Shown here one piece after another: positions 41,030 to 51,074 of a stretch of DNA of 64,000 bases. Each line of letters begins with the position of its first letter. Position 1 is the first letter of the stretch. The notes under the pieces were generated by a model that saw nothing but the letters and a program-made list of their open reading frames with translations, was not told where the DNA came from and did not search any database. Source of the DNA: Patescibacteria group bacterium. GTDB taxonomy: Bacteria; Patescibacteriota; Patescibacteriia; UBA10025; JAHIVO01. The position numbers and the translations under genes were made by a program. The stretch is taken from NCBI GenBank assembly GCA_049325535.1, contig JBMOKY010000001.1, forward strand, positions 877,942 to 941,941. The letters run 5' to 3'.

Positions 41030-42103
41030 ATGGACACCCAAACAAAACTCAGCATTGAACACATCCTCACCAAGACGGCCGAAAAGCGCTCGGCTGACCT
41101 GCACTTGTCCGTGGGGACACCCCCGGCACTCCGCGTCCATGACCAGCTCGTGCCCATGCCCGACGAACCGGTGGTGACGAAAGATTTTATGGAAACATTT
41201 GTCGAGATGATTCTGGACAATGAACAAGAACGAGTTCTGCAGGAACAGCGGGAGATTGTCATCGCCTACCAGCTCAACCGTCAAACCAGGTATCGAATAA
41301 ATATCTTCTACCAGCGTGGCGTGCTCGGTGCGTATCTGCGCCTGATCGGCAATGACATCATCGTCCTGGATAAACTCGGCCTACCCCCGTCCATCGAACA
41401 ATTCACGGCCGCCACCCGCGGGCTGATACTCGTCAGCGGTGCGTTTGGATCCGGAAAAACAACGACCTCAGCGTCCCTGATAGATTTTTATAATAAAAAC
41501 CGATCTGCCTACATATTAACCATCGAACGGCCAATCGAGTACCTGTTTACCAGCCAGCGCAGCATCGTCGAGCAGCGCGAGGTCGGACGCGACGCATTGT
41601 CATTTGACCACGCACTCCGTACTATTACTCAGGAGGATGTCGACATCCTATTTATTTCCGATCTCTCCGCACCAGAGGTGATAGCCAGCGCCATTTCCAT
41701 CGCTGCTTCAGGCCGGCTGGTCATCGGTAATGTCGAGGCTGACACCACGGTAAAAACTATCGAGCACCTGACCAATGCCTTTCCGGGAAATGAACAACAG
41801 CGTATCCGGGAACAATTAGCATCAAATCTGACGGGCATCATCTGCCAGCGGCTCGTACCGCGAGTTGGCGGCGGAACAGTGCCGGTAGCTGAAATAACCT
41901 TTGGCACACCGGCAATTCAGGCACATATAAAGGACGGTTCGCTCTACCAGATTCCTACTGTCATTCAGACGTCACGCGCCGAAGGGATGGTATCGCTCGA
42001 CTGGTCGCTGGCTGAACTGGTCAAAACAAATGAAGTCACCATTGAGACCGCATTGGAGCAAGCCAGTGACGAGCAGCAGCTCCGCTATATGTTGAATGCC
42101 TAA
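41030..42103 (+). CDS. pilT: Type IV pilus retraction ATPase PilT
   Basis: 357-aa ORF with a PilT-type N-terminus (ADLHLSVGTPPALRVHDQLVPM), Walker A GAFGSGKTTT and secretion-ATPase Asp/His boxes. The size fits PilT rather than PilB. Confidence 0.85.
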   Translation: MDTQTKLSIEHILTKTAEKRSADLHLSVGTPPALRVHDQLVPMPDEPVVTKDFMETFVEMILDNEQERVLQEQREIVIAYQLNRQTRYRINIFYQRGVLGAYLRLIGNDIIVLDKLGLPPSIEQFTAATRGLILVSGAFGSGKTTTSASLIDFYNKNRSAYILTIERPIEYLFTSQRSIVEQREVGRDALSFDHALRTITQEDVDILFISDLSAPEVIASAISIAASGRLVIGNVEADTTVKTIEHLTNAFPGNEQQRIREQLASNLTGIICQRLVPRVGGGTVPVAEITFGTPAIQAHIKDGSLYQIPTVIQTSRAEGMVSLDWSLAELVKTNEVTIETALEQASDEQQLRYMLNA

Positions 42104-42115
42104 TCAGCAGCGCCA

Positions 42116-43168
42116 ATGAAACTATTTGCAAAAAAATCACCGGATATCATCGGACTTGAGCTTGGCTCATCCGCCATCAAATTGGTGCAGCTCCGCATCG
42201 AACAAAACAAACACCAGTTGGTCACCTTTGGCATGGCCTTTCATGACCGCAGTGCCGTCCGCACCAGCGCGCTGGCTGATACTGCTCAGGTGCAGGAAAC
42301 GCTTACCCGAGTGCTGCAGCAGGCGCGGGTCACCACTGATCGGGTCGTGGTATCATTGCCAGCTATCAACGTATTTCATACCACCCTGGAAATTCCAAAC
42401 ATGCCAAAAAAAGACCTAGCCTCAGCCGTCCAGTGGGAAGCCAAAAGAACCATACCGCTCCCCCTGGAAAAAATGTCACTCGACTGGCAGGTTATCCCCA
42501 ATGCCTCCGGTGTACATGATACGCTCAACGTCATTCTCACCGCCGCTCCACGGACGGTGGTGGACCACTATGTCACCCTGATCAAAACCACCGGACTTTC
42601 ATTGGTCGGACTGGAAACCGAGGTCAATGCGCTTCAGCGCTCGATCTTGCCACGGGACCCGGGTACCTATCTGGTCATTGACATGGGGGCCAGTAATACG
42701 AACGCCATCGTCTTCAATAACCATATCCCCGTGGTCGTCCGGAATATCAGCGTCGGCGCTGATGTCATCGTCCAGCAAATCGCCAATACGCTCAATATAT
42801 CCGCCGAACGCGCGGCCATGATCCAGAAAGAGCTGGGTATACCATCCCGGCAAGCAAGCCATCCGGCTGCCGATACCATCCGGTTTGTCATGGAAACCCA
42901 AATCGCCAAGGAAATCCAGCGAGTGATTGGCGCTACCACCGGCACTGCTCAGCCCACCCGTATCATCCTGGTAGGCGGCGCCGCCCATCTCGCCCACGCT
43001 CCTGAGTATTTCACAGAACAGCTCGGCATCCCAGCAAGTATCGGGAACCCGTGGCAATACGTGCAATCCCACCCCGATCTAGCCGCAACCCTAGCTGAAC
43101 ACGGACCGGAATGTGCGGTAGCGGTCGGTTTAGCGCTCAAAACAAAAACTCCCGCACCGATTGCGTGA
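42116..43168 (+). CDS. pilM: Type IV pilus assembly protein PilM (actin-like ATPase)
   Basis: 350-aa ORF whose N-terminus IIGLELGSSAIKLVQL is typical for PilM/FtsA-fold proteins. It immediately follows pilT. Confidence 0.8.
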   Translation: MKLFAKKSPDIIGLELGSSAIKLVQLRIEQNKHQLVTFGMAFHDRSAVRTSALADTAQVQETLTRVLQQARVTTDRVVVSLPAINVFHTTLEIPNMPKKDLASAVQWEAKRTIPLPLEKMSLDWQVIPNASGVHDTLNVILTAAPRTVVDHYVTLIKTTGLSLVGLETEVNALQRSILPRDPGTYLVIDMGASNTNAIVFNNHIPVVVRNISVGADVIVQQIANTLNISAERAAMIQKELGIPSRQASHPAADTIRFVMETQIAKEIQRVIGATTGTAQPTRIILVGGAAHLAHAPEYFTEQLGIPASIGNPWQYVQSHPDLAATLAEHGPECAVAVGLALKTKTPAPIA

Positions 43169-43408
43169 GCAGATTACTGCCTCCAAGCGTAAGATTATAT
43201 AGTATTGACTACACAACCTTATCTTAAGGCTACTGACAAAGGTTAGGAGGGGTGTCTTTGAGTTCGCCGCTTGGTAGGCAGAAATGTGGTCACGATGGAG
43301 TACGAGAGTTATGCACTTGCCTTTTTTCAAAAAACTGTAATAATACACCGTAGCAGACCCTGTCGATCCTGTCAAGCCTCATCACCGGCGCAGGGTATGT
43401 TTCGGTAA

Positions 43409-46400
43409 TTGCTACTGAATTTTCGTTCTTATAATTCACTCACTGTGCCTGCCCACCACTCTGAGAATGGAGACGTCGGCTCGCTGTTTCAGCCTATCAA
43501 CCGCCTCTTGTCCCAACAGGCGGAAATCGCGGTAAGCGGACTCCCAAATCTCACTACCCAGTCATATGTCCTCACGCGGAACCCCGAACTCCATAGTCGG
43601 GTGATTTTCTGGTTATTAAGCAGCGAGGAGATCGCCTCGGCGCACAAACTGTTGGCTTACTGGCACCGGATTTTTAAGATAAAACGTCACCTCTGGCTAC
43701 TCCATGACATCAGCCCCGTGCGCCTTTTCCAGCTCGGACGGCATGAGCCGCAAATCATACTCACGGATATCGCTGATTTGGAAGAGCGCTTCCCGTCGCT
43801 CCAGACCATGGATGAGCACACCCTCCAGCTGACCACCGGCCAATCACTCCAACCAGCCCAGCTCTCCCAGCAACTCATCAGCATGGGATATGACTTTTCT
43901 AGCCACGCCAGCGAAGCGGGGTATTTTGCCCGCCGCGGCGGCATTCTCGACGTCTATCCGGTCAATAGCGACTTGCCGGTACGATTGGAATTCACTGCCA
44001 CCGGAATTGAACAGATGCAGCGCTACAATCCCGTCGAGAAGAGGCTCACCCAACCGATCACCGAGCTGACCATCGTCGCTCAGCGATTCAAATCCCACCA
44101 TGCCCGCACCACCTGCCTCAATTATATGAGCGCCATCGCCAATCCCATACTACTCTATAATGAAATCACCGAACCGCCCGGCACTATCTCAAATTGGGAA
44201 CCGATCCAGCGGGCGCTGGAACAGTATACTCGGATCGTGGTCAAGGATTTCGATCAAAAGGCGGCACACATCGGCTTCGAACACGCGCCGCTCTACCACC
44301 AGGAGTTTACCCAGCTGATTGAGGATATCCGCACCTACCACCGGCAGCACTGGCGCATCGCGATCGCCACCCAGCGATCGCACGAACTGGAACAGCTGTT
44401 TAAAGCTTCGAAGATAAGCGTTCCAGTCAGCATCTGGCCAATCATGCGCGAATTGTCTGGCTTTGCCAATGATCGCGCCAAACTGGTGATGCTGACTGAC
44501 CGAGAAATATTTGGCGATATCATCGAGGAGCAGTCCCCGCGTAAACAGGTCGATCAAGCATTTATCATGGAATTGCAGCCGGGTGACTACATCGTGCACC
44601 TGGATCATGGCATCGGCCAATTCGTCGGCATGGCAAAAAACGTGGTCGAGGAAATCACCAAAGAATATTTTGTCCTTGAATACGCCGAAAAAGACAAACT
44701 CTACGTACCCGTCGAAACGGCGGATAAGATATCGAAATACATCGGGGTCGCCAATCCGAAACTGCACCGTCTCTCAGGCGGACAGTGGTACCAGCTCACC
44801 CGAAAGGTCAAACAAGAAGCGAAAGTGCTGGCCCAAGAATTGCTTAAAATATATGCCCAGCGGGAAATGACAAAGATCGCCCCCTTCGGCAAGGACACCC
44901 CTGAGGAAATTGAGCTGGCCACATCATTTCCCTACCGGGAAACTCCGGACCAGCACAAAGCCATCGCCGAAGTGCAGGCCGATCTGGAAAAAGAAACACC
45001 CATGGACCGACTCATCTGCGGAGATGTGGGTTTCGGCAAAACTGAAGTAGCGGTACGGGCAGCACTCAAAGCAGTGATGAACAAAACCCAAGTGGCACTA
45101 TTGTCGCCCACCACCATCCTCACCCAGCAGCACTATGACACCTTTCGGAAGCGACTGAAAAAATTCCCACTCCGCGTCGGCATCCTATCCCGGTTTGAAA
45201 CGGACCGGGAACAGAAAGAAACTATCCTCGGACTGAAAGCGGGGACCATCGATATCGTCATCGGTACGCATCGCCTCCTCTCCCACGACGTCCAGTTCAA
45301 ACGCCTCGGCCTGATCATCATCGATGAAGAGCAACGATTTGGCGTCAAGGCAAAAGAACGCCTCAAATCCCTGCGAACCCAGGCGCATGTCCTCACACTT
45401 ACGGCCACCCCTATCCCCCGGACGCTCAATATCGCCCTATCCGGCGTGCGAGATGTCAGTATCATCGAGACGCCACCCGAGGGACGACTGCCCATCGAGA
45501 CGCATATCGAGCCATACACCGATACTGCAGCGCAGGCAGTGCTGAAACGAGAGCTCGATCGAGGCGGACAGGCCTATTTCCTGCACAACAAAGTAGAAAC
45601 CATCGCTTTTGCCGCCCAGGAAATCCAAAAGCTCATTCCAAACGCCCGTCTCGGCATCGCTCACGGCCGGCTACCGGAAAAGGATCTGGCAAAAGCCATG
45701 GCGGATTTTGACAACATGAAAACGAACATTTTAGTTTGTTCCACTATCATCGAAAATGGTCTCGACCTGCCAAATGTCAATACTATGGTAGTGGATAATG
45801 CCACCAATTTTGGATTGGCCCAGCTGTACCAATTGCGGGGACGCATTGGCCGGGGTGACCGCCAAGCATACGCCTACTTCTTTTACCACCGCAAAAAACT
45901 AAAAGGCAATGCCAAAAAAAGATTACAGGCACTGATGGCCGCCAAGCGGCTAGGAAGCGGTTTCCAGTTAGCGTTGCGGGATCTGGAAATTCGCGGAGCT
46001 GGCAATATCCTCGGCAAAGAGCAACACGGCAAGGTATCGGCCATCGGCCTGTCCCTCTACACGCGGCTGCTGGCACAGGCAATCGAGGAACTGAAACATG
46101 GCAAAGTCCAAGAGCCAATCCGCGACATCGTGCTGGATCTGCCGATGGAAGCGTACATCCCCAAAGAATTCGTCGGTGAGGAAGAACGGATGGTGCTCTA
46201 TCAAAAAATGGCCGGAGTGACCACGACCGAGGATCTCAATGATATCAAAGATGCCATTATCCGCTCCCGCACCCGCGAGGAACAATTGCATATACCTGCA
46301 CCGCTACTCAATTTGTTTGAGGTGCTGGAAATCAAGCTGATGGCCCAGAAAACGGATATCTCACACATCGATACTACCCAAATAACCGACGACCAGGGTA

Positions 46401-46600
46401 TCCGCAGACGCCGCCTCGTCATCAAATTCCTATTTCCCCTCAAACCGGAAAATCTGGCGCGCCTGCTCCAACGCAACGCCGATTGGCAATTTACCGATGA
46501 CGCCCTGAAGATTGACCTCGAAAAACTGGGCGACCATTGGCTGGAGGAATTGAAAAAGGTCATCCGGCTCTACCAGCACCCCGAAAAACAAAAAAAATAG
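43409..46600 (+). CDS. mfd: Transcription-repair coupling factor Mfd
   Basis: 1063-aa ORF with an N-terminal UvrB-like region, an RNAP-interaction domain and SF2 translocase motifs (GDVGFGKTEVAVRA, DEEQRFG, TATPIPRT). The called start is TTG; there is no in-frame ATG for about 130 codons. Confidence 0.9.
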   Translation: MLLNFRSYNSLTVPAHHSENGDVGSLFQPINRLLSQQAEIAVSGLPNLTTQSYVLTRNPELHSRVIFWLLSSEEIASAHKLLAYWHRIFKIKRHLWLLHDISPVRLFQLGRHEPQIILTDIADLEERFPSLQTMDEHTLQLTTGQSLQPAQLSQQLISMGYDFSSHASEAGYFARRGGILDVYPVNSDLPVRLEFTATGIEQMQRYNPVEKRLTQPITELTIVAQRFKSHHARTTCLNYMSAIANPILLYNEITEPPGTISNWEPIQRALEQYTRIVVKDFDQKAAHIGFEHAPLYHQEFTQLIEDIRTYHRQHWRIAIATQRSHELEQLFKASKISVPVSIWPIMRELSGFANDRAKLVMLTDREIFGDIIEEQSPRKQVDQAFIMELQPGDYIVHLDHGIGQFVGMAKNVVEEITKEYFVLEYAEKDKLYVPVETADKISKYIGVANPKLHRLSGGQWYQLTRKVKQEAKVLAQELLKIYAQREMTKIAPFGKDTPEEIELATSFPYRETPDQHKAIAEVQADLEKETPMDRLICGDVGFGKTEVAVRAALKAVMNKTQVALLSPTTILTQQHYDTFRKRLKKFPLRVGILSRFETDREQKETILGLKAGTIDIVIGTHRLLSHDVQFKRLGLIIIDEEQRFGVKAKERLKSLRTQAHVLTLTATPIPRTLNIALSGVRDVSIIETPPEGRLPIETHIEPYTDTAAQAVLKRELDRGGQAYFLHNKVETIAFAAQEIQKLIPNARLGIAHGRLPEKDLAKAMADFDNMKTNILVCSTIIENGLDLPNVNTMVVDNATNFGLAQLYQLRGRIGRGDRQAYAYFFYHRKKLKGNAKKRLQALMAAKRLGSGFQLALRDLEIRGAGNILGKEQHGKVSAIGLSLYTRLLAQAIEELKHGKVQEPIRDIVLDLPMEAYIPKEFVGEEERMVLYQKMAGVTTTEDLNDIKDAIIRSRTREEQLHIPAPLLNLFEVLEIKLMAQKTDISHIDTTQITDDQGIRRRRLVIKFLFPLKPENLARLLQRNADWQFTDDALKIDLEKLGDHWLEELKKVIRLYQHPEKQKK

Positions 46601-46645
46601 ACGGGCATTTGCCGAAAGCTACCACTGTGCTATAGTTCCAGTTGA

Positions 46646-46673
46646 GACCTTCCCCGCTTAAGGTCTTTTTTTT
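46646..46673 (+). terminator. Rho-independent terminator after mfd (GACCTT-loop-AAGGTC + T8), directly abutting the dprA start codon
   Basis: A 6-bp stem (46646-46651 / 46660-46665) and an 8-nt loop are followed by TTTTTTTT (46666-46673), then ATG (46674). Confidence 0.55.
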
Positions 46674-47774
46674 ATGGACACTACGCAATCAGATCTCCCC
46701 TACTGGATCGCCTTTGCCTCCGGACGTTCTATCGGCGCGCGAACAATACATCAGCTAGCCGAATATTTTGGTACGCTCGAGGCGGCATGGCATGCGGACA
46801 TCACTGAACTGCTCGACGCAGGATTACCCCCTGTGCGTGCGGAACGGCTGGCGTCAGAACGGTTGACTATTGATCCCTTCAGCGTACTGGCCTCGCTCGA
46901 GCGCTTGCACATACAGACGGTCACCCCCCGCGACCAGGCCTATCCCCGCCTTCTCAAGGAAATATATGACCCGCCCGCAGTTATTTTTTACCGGGGCACA
47001 CTCCCGGCTCATGACGCACTGAGTGTGGCCATCGTCGGTTCCCGCAAAACATCCCCCTATGGTCGCCGAGTCACTCCACAGATCACCCAGCCGCTGGCGG
47101 CGGCGGGTATCGTCATCGTATCGGGTTTGGCCCTGGGGATCGACGCGCTGGCGCACCAGGCCGCGCTCGATAGCCAGGGCATCACCATCGGCGTACTGGC
47201 CTGCGGGGTGGACGCGCCCTACCCCCGGGCAAATGCGGGGTTAGCCGAAGCGATAATCACCCGGGGCGGTGCGATCATTTCTGAATTCCCGCCCGGCACT
47301 CCGCCCCTCAAACAACATTTCCCCATTCGTAACCGTATCATCGCCGGACTGGCGGCGGCAGTAGTAGTCATCGAAGGGGCGGAGGATTCCGGTTCGCTCA
47401 TTACTGCCCGCTGTGCCGCGGACAGTAACCGCGAAGTGTGCGCCGTACCTGGCAGCATCGAATCCGCTACCGCCCGCGGTCCGCACCGATTACTGCAAAT
47501 GGGTGCGCATCTGATCACCAGTGCAGCTGATGTGTGCGCCATCCTTCAGCTTGACAATACCCAGACAACGGTCCAGAATAGAACAATCTTACCCAGTACC
47601 GAAGCAGAACGTACAGTACTGGCGAGCATCGAGACTGAGCCAACTGATATTGACGAAATTTTTCAGCATAGTAGACTACCTAGCAGTATCGTCAATACCG
47701 CACTGACAACATTGGAAATGAAAGGATTGGTCCGTCATGAGGGCGGCACACGCTATAGTAAAACAAATACATAG
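46674..47774 (+). CDS. dprA: DNA-processing protein A (DprA/Smf), natural-transformation DNA protection
   Basis: 366-aa ORF with the Rossmann-like DprA core (VAIVGSRKTSPYG...IVSGLALGIDALAHQAAL...) and a C-terminal winged-helix extension. Confidence 0.9.
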   Translation: MDTTQSDLPYWIAFASGRSIGARTIHQLAEYFGTLEAAWHADITELLDAGLPPVRAERLASERLTIDPFSVLASLERLHIQTVTPRDQAYPRLLKEIYDPPAVIFYRGTLPAHDALSVAIVGSRKTSPYGRRVTPQITQPLAAAGIVIVSGLALGIDALAHQAALDSQGITIGVLACGVDAPYPRANAGLAEAIITRGGAIISEFPPGTPPLKQHFPIRNRIIAGLAAAVVVIEGAEDSGSLITARCAADSNREVCAVPGSIESATARGPHRLLQMGAHLITSAADVCAILQLDNTQTTVQNRTILPSTEAERTVLASIETEPTDIDEIFQHSRLPSSIVNTALTTLEMKGLVRHEGGTRYSKTNT

Positions 47775-47873
47775 AACACTCTCTATTTACATGCATGGCG
47801 TATTGAAAACCGCGTTCCTGAACCGCTCCCGATTCCATCAGGATGCGCTTTTTCATACCTTCCCCCCGACACT

Positions 47874-50060
47874 ATGAAATTATTGATCGTCGAATCGCCC
47901 ACCAAGGCAAAAACCGTCACTAAATTCCTCGGGGACAAATCTCCCTATACCGTCGCTGCCAGCGTCGGGCATATTCGTGACTTGCCCAAAAGCAATACGA
48001 AGGCGATCGACATAGAGGCGGGCTTCGTCCCTCATTACGAAATTCCGGAAAAAAAGAAAGAGGTCGTCAGTCAGCTCAAATCGCTAGCAAAAAAAGCGGA
48101 GGAAATCATCCTGGCCACCGATCCTGATCGTGAAGGTGAGGCTATCGCTTGGCATATCGCCGAAGTACTCGACCATAGCAATCATATAAACCCCGACTCG
48201 ATCAAACGGGTGGTTTTTCATGAAATTACCCAATCGGCAATCGAAGAAGCCATGGCCCATCCCCGCGCTATCGACCAAAACCTGCGTATCGCTCAGGAAG
48301 CACGGCGGGTGCTGGATCGACTCGTGGGATACGACCTGAGCGGTCTCATCTGGAAAAAAGTGCGCTATGGGCTGTCTGCCGGACGCGTACAATCGCCAGC
48401 CCTGAGGATTCTGGCAGAACGTGAACGAGAAGTACGGGCGTTTGTTCCCGAGACGTTCTGGGTGATCCAGGCAGAGGTTGCCACCCAGTCCCAGGACGTG
48501 ATGCTGCTTACCTGCAGCGTCGAACCCCGCGAACGAACCCAAGTGGACACGATACTTACCGCCGGCAAAAAAGGTGACTGGAAAATTTCCGACGTGAAAA
48601 CCGCAGAAGGAAAGCGTACTCCGAAGCCACCCTTCATCACCTCGTCGCTGCAGCAGACTGCCAGCAGCCGACTTGGCTTTACCCCATCGCGTACTATGCG
48701 CGCAGCGCAGAAACTCTACGAAGCTGGCTATATCACCTACATGCGCACTGACAGCACCAATCTCAGCACCGAGGCGCTGGGACACGCGGCGCAAGTGATT
48801 GAAAAAGAATTTGGAAAAGAAAATCTGCAGCTCCGCCAATTTAAGACCACATCAAAGAACGCCCAAGAGGCTCACGAAGCTATCCGGCCGACGAACAGTA
48901 CGAAAAAATCAGCGGGTGCCAGTGACGACCAAAAACGCCTCTACCAGCTGATCCGCCAGCGCACCCTGGCCTCTCAGATGATTGACGCTCGGATACTCAA
49001 AACCAAAATCACCGCAAACATCACCACCGCGGCCATTCCCGATTTTACGGTCACCGGATCACACGTGGTCACTCCCGGCTGGTTGCTGGCTGACCCGGAA
49101 GCGCGGGGCGAGGACGTGGATCTTCCCCGCGTCACTGCTGGTGAACCGCTCCAGCTCAGAGCTATGACCGACGTGGAAAAACAAACCCAGCCGCCCGCAC
49201 GCTATTCTGAAGCAGGACTGATCCGCGAACTGGAAAAAAGAGGCATCGGCCGACCCAGCACGTACGCCTCTATTATCCAGACGCTCCTTGATCGGGGGTA
49301 CGTCACCAAAGACCGCTCCCGGCTCCAGCCGACCGATACCGGTGAAGTGGTCAGTGAATTTTTAGAAAAATATTTTGCCCAATATATCAGCGACTCATTC
49401 ACTGCCGAGATGGAAGATGAACTCGATGACATAGCGAATGGCAAGCGGGAGTACGTCAATACCCTCAAAAGTTTCTACGAGCCTTTTTCCCGCGATATCC
49501 GAGAAAAAGAAAACATCCCAAAAATTACCAATCTCGGCAATGCTGATGCGGCACATACCTGCCCGAAATGCAGCTCCCCGATGATTATCAAACTGGGAAA
49601 AAACGGAAAATTCCTCAGCTGTTCCCGTTTCCCCGAGTGTGATGGCGCCTTGCTAATCAATGGCGAGGAACTCAAAGGGCCACAAACCCTGGGTACTCAT
49701 CCGGATACCGGAGAAAAAATATTTGTTTTAGACGGCCGGTTTGGTCCGTACCTGCAGGTCGGTGAAAAAACAAAAGCCCAGCCCAAACCAAAACGCGCCA
49801 GCATCCCGGCCGATATAGATCCGTCGACCATCACCATGGAACAGGCGCAAAAGCTCCTGAGCTTGCCACGACTCCTGGGCGTCCATCCGCAGACCGGCAA
49901 AGACATTCTGGCCAATAAGGGCCGGTTTGGTCCGTACATCGTGCATGACGGGGATTTCCGGTCGCTGAAGAAGGACGACGTATACACCATCGCCCTTCCA
50001 CGTGCCCTCGAAATTCTGGCTGAGGAAAAAAAGACCCGGCGCGGCAAGAAGAAAAAATAA
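47874..50060 (+). CDS. topA: DNA topoisomerase I
   Basis: 728-aa ORF with a TOPRIM N-terminus (MKLLIVESPTKAKT) and the active-site Tyr region. C-terminal zinc ribbons (CPKCSSPMIIKLGKNGKFLSCSRFPEC) are followed by a Lys-rich tail. Confidence 0.95.
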   Translation: MKLLIVESPTKAKTVTKFLGDKSPYTVAASVGHIRDLPKSNTKAIDIEAGFVPHYEIPEKKKEVVSQLKSLAKKAEEIILATDPDREGEAIAWHIAEVLDHSNHINPDSIKRVVFHEITQSAIEEAMAHPRAIDQNLRIAQEARRVLDRLVGYDLSGLIWKKVRYGLSAGRVQSPALRILAEREREVRAFVPETFWVIQAEVATQSQDVMLLTCSVEPRERTQVDTILTAGKKGDWKISDVKTAEGKRTPKPPFITSSLQQTASSRLGFTPSRTMRAAQKLYEAGYITYMRTDSTNLSTEALGHAAQVIEKEFGKENLQLRQFKTTSKNAQEAHEAIRPTNSTKKSAGASDDQKRLYQLIRQRTLASQMIDARILKTKITANITTAAIPDFTVTGSHVVTPGWLLADPEARGEDVDLPRVTAGEPLQLRAMTDVEKQTQPPARYSEAGLIRELEKRGIGRPSTYASIIQTLLDRGYVTKDRSRLQPTDTGEVVSEFLEKYFAQYISDSFTAEMEDELDDIANGKREYVNTLKSFYEPFSRDIREKENIPKITNLGNADAAHTCPKCSSPMIIKLGKNGKFLSCSRFPECDGALLINGEELKGPQTLGTHPDTGEKIFVLDGRFGPYLQVGEKTKAQPKPKRASIPADIDPSTITMEQAQKLLSLPRLLGVHPQTGKDILANKGRFGPYIVHDGDFRSLKKDDVYTIALPRALEILAEEKKTRRGKKKK

Positions 50061-50073
50061 CACCCTTTTTATT

Positions 50074-51024
50074 ATGTCTCATATTCTCATCACGGGTGCT
50101 GCGGGCCAAGTCGGCTCCGCACTGCTCTCGGCACTCATCACGAAATATGGCGCGGACAATATCGTCATCACCATCCACAAAACGCCCGCGCAGGAATCGC
50201 CGTGCGCCACGGAAACAGTAGACACGACTGACCGGGAAGCATTACGAACCGTTATCAATAAATATCAGATTGATACCGTCTATCACCTCTCAGGCATGCT
50301 CTCCGCAGCGAGCGAAAAATACCCCGATCGCGCCTGGCAGGTTAATTTTACCAGTCTCAAAAACATTTTAGACCTGGCTCGTGAACTGCCTATTTCCAAA
50401 ATTTTCTGGCCCAGCTCCATCGCCGCATTTGGCCCGAATACCCCAAAAGAGGACACCCCCCAATCAACCATCCTCGAACCCAGTACCATGTACGGGGTAG
50501 CAAAAGTAGCCGGAGAACTGCTGTGCAACTACTACTACCACAAATTTAAGGTCGATATTCGAAGTGTCCGATACCCCGGCCTGATCAGTCATGCCGCGCC
50601 TCCGGCTGATGGGACGACTGAGTATTCCATCGCCATGTTTTATGCTGCACTTGAGGGAAAGCCATTCAGCTGTTTTCTCAAAGCAGATACCGCCCTCCCC
50701 ATGATGTACATGGATGACGCTATCAAGGGTACGATCGATCTAATGGAAGCCGATCCGAATCGACTGTCCACGCGTATGAGCTACAATCTGACCGCCTTGA
50801 GCTTCACTCCGGCTGAGCTGACCGCCGCCATACAGAAACACATCCCGAATTTTACGGTCTCGTATCAACCGGATTTCCACCAGGCCATCGCAGATTCCTG
50901 GCCGCGGTCCATCGATGATTCGGTCGCCCGACGTGACTGGGACTGGCAACCGGCGTTTGATCTCGAAACCATGACCGCCGACATGTTCCTGCACTTGCGA
51001 AAAAAACTGAATATTCCGGCATAA
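50074..51024 (+). CDS. NAD-dependent epimerase/dehydratase (extended SDR; L-threonine 3-dehydrogenase-like)
   Basis: The called ORF (from 50002) overlaps topA; the real ATG is at 50074 (MSHILITGAAGQVGSALL, a Rossmann GxxGxxG). A YxxxK catalytic dyad lies in the SDR core. Confidence 0.75.
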   Translation: MSHILITGAAGQVGSALLSALITKYGADNIVITIHKTPAQESPCATETVDTTDREALRTVINKYQIDTVYHLSGMLSAASEKYPDRAWQVNFTSLKNILDLARELPISKIFWPSSIAAFGPNTPKEDTPQSTILEPSTMYGVAKVAGELLCNYYYHKFKVDIRSVRYPGLISHAAPPADGTTEYSIAMFYAALEGKPFSCFLKADTALPMMYMDDAIKGTIDLMEADPNRLSTRMSYNLTALSFTPAELTAAIQKHIPNFTVSYQPDFHQAIADSWPRSIDDSVARRDWDWQPAFDLETMTADMFLHLRKKLNIPA

Positions 51025-51034
51025 CCGCCAACAA

Positions 51035-51061
51035 CCACCCTGATCATGAGGGTGGTTTTTT
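51035..51061 (+). terminator. Rho-independent terminator (CCACCCT-GATCATG-AGGGTGG + T-run) between the convergent epimerase and Wzy_C/TPR genes
   Basis: A 7-bp GC-rich perfect stem (51035-51041 / 51049-51055) is followed by TTTTTT. Confidence 0.8.
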
Positions 51062-51074
51062 CGCTCACCGCTCA

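Noticed and set aside
43170-43408. Possible small RNA or strong promoter in the pilM-mfd intergenic region
   Set aside because: Only weak -35/-10 candidates were found, with no convincing hairpin plus T-run. There is not enough signal to call a feature.
50002-50073. Upstream extension of the epimerase ORF overlapping the topA 3' end
   Set aside because: The first ATG (50074) gives the canonical Rossmann N-terminus MSHILITGAAGQVG. The upstream part is just read-through of topA's Lys-rich tail in another frame.
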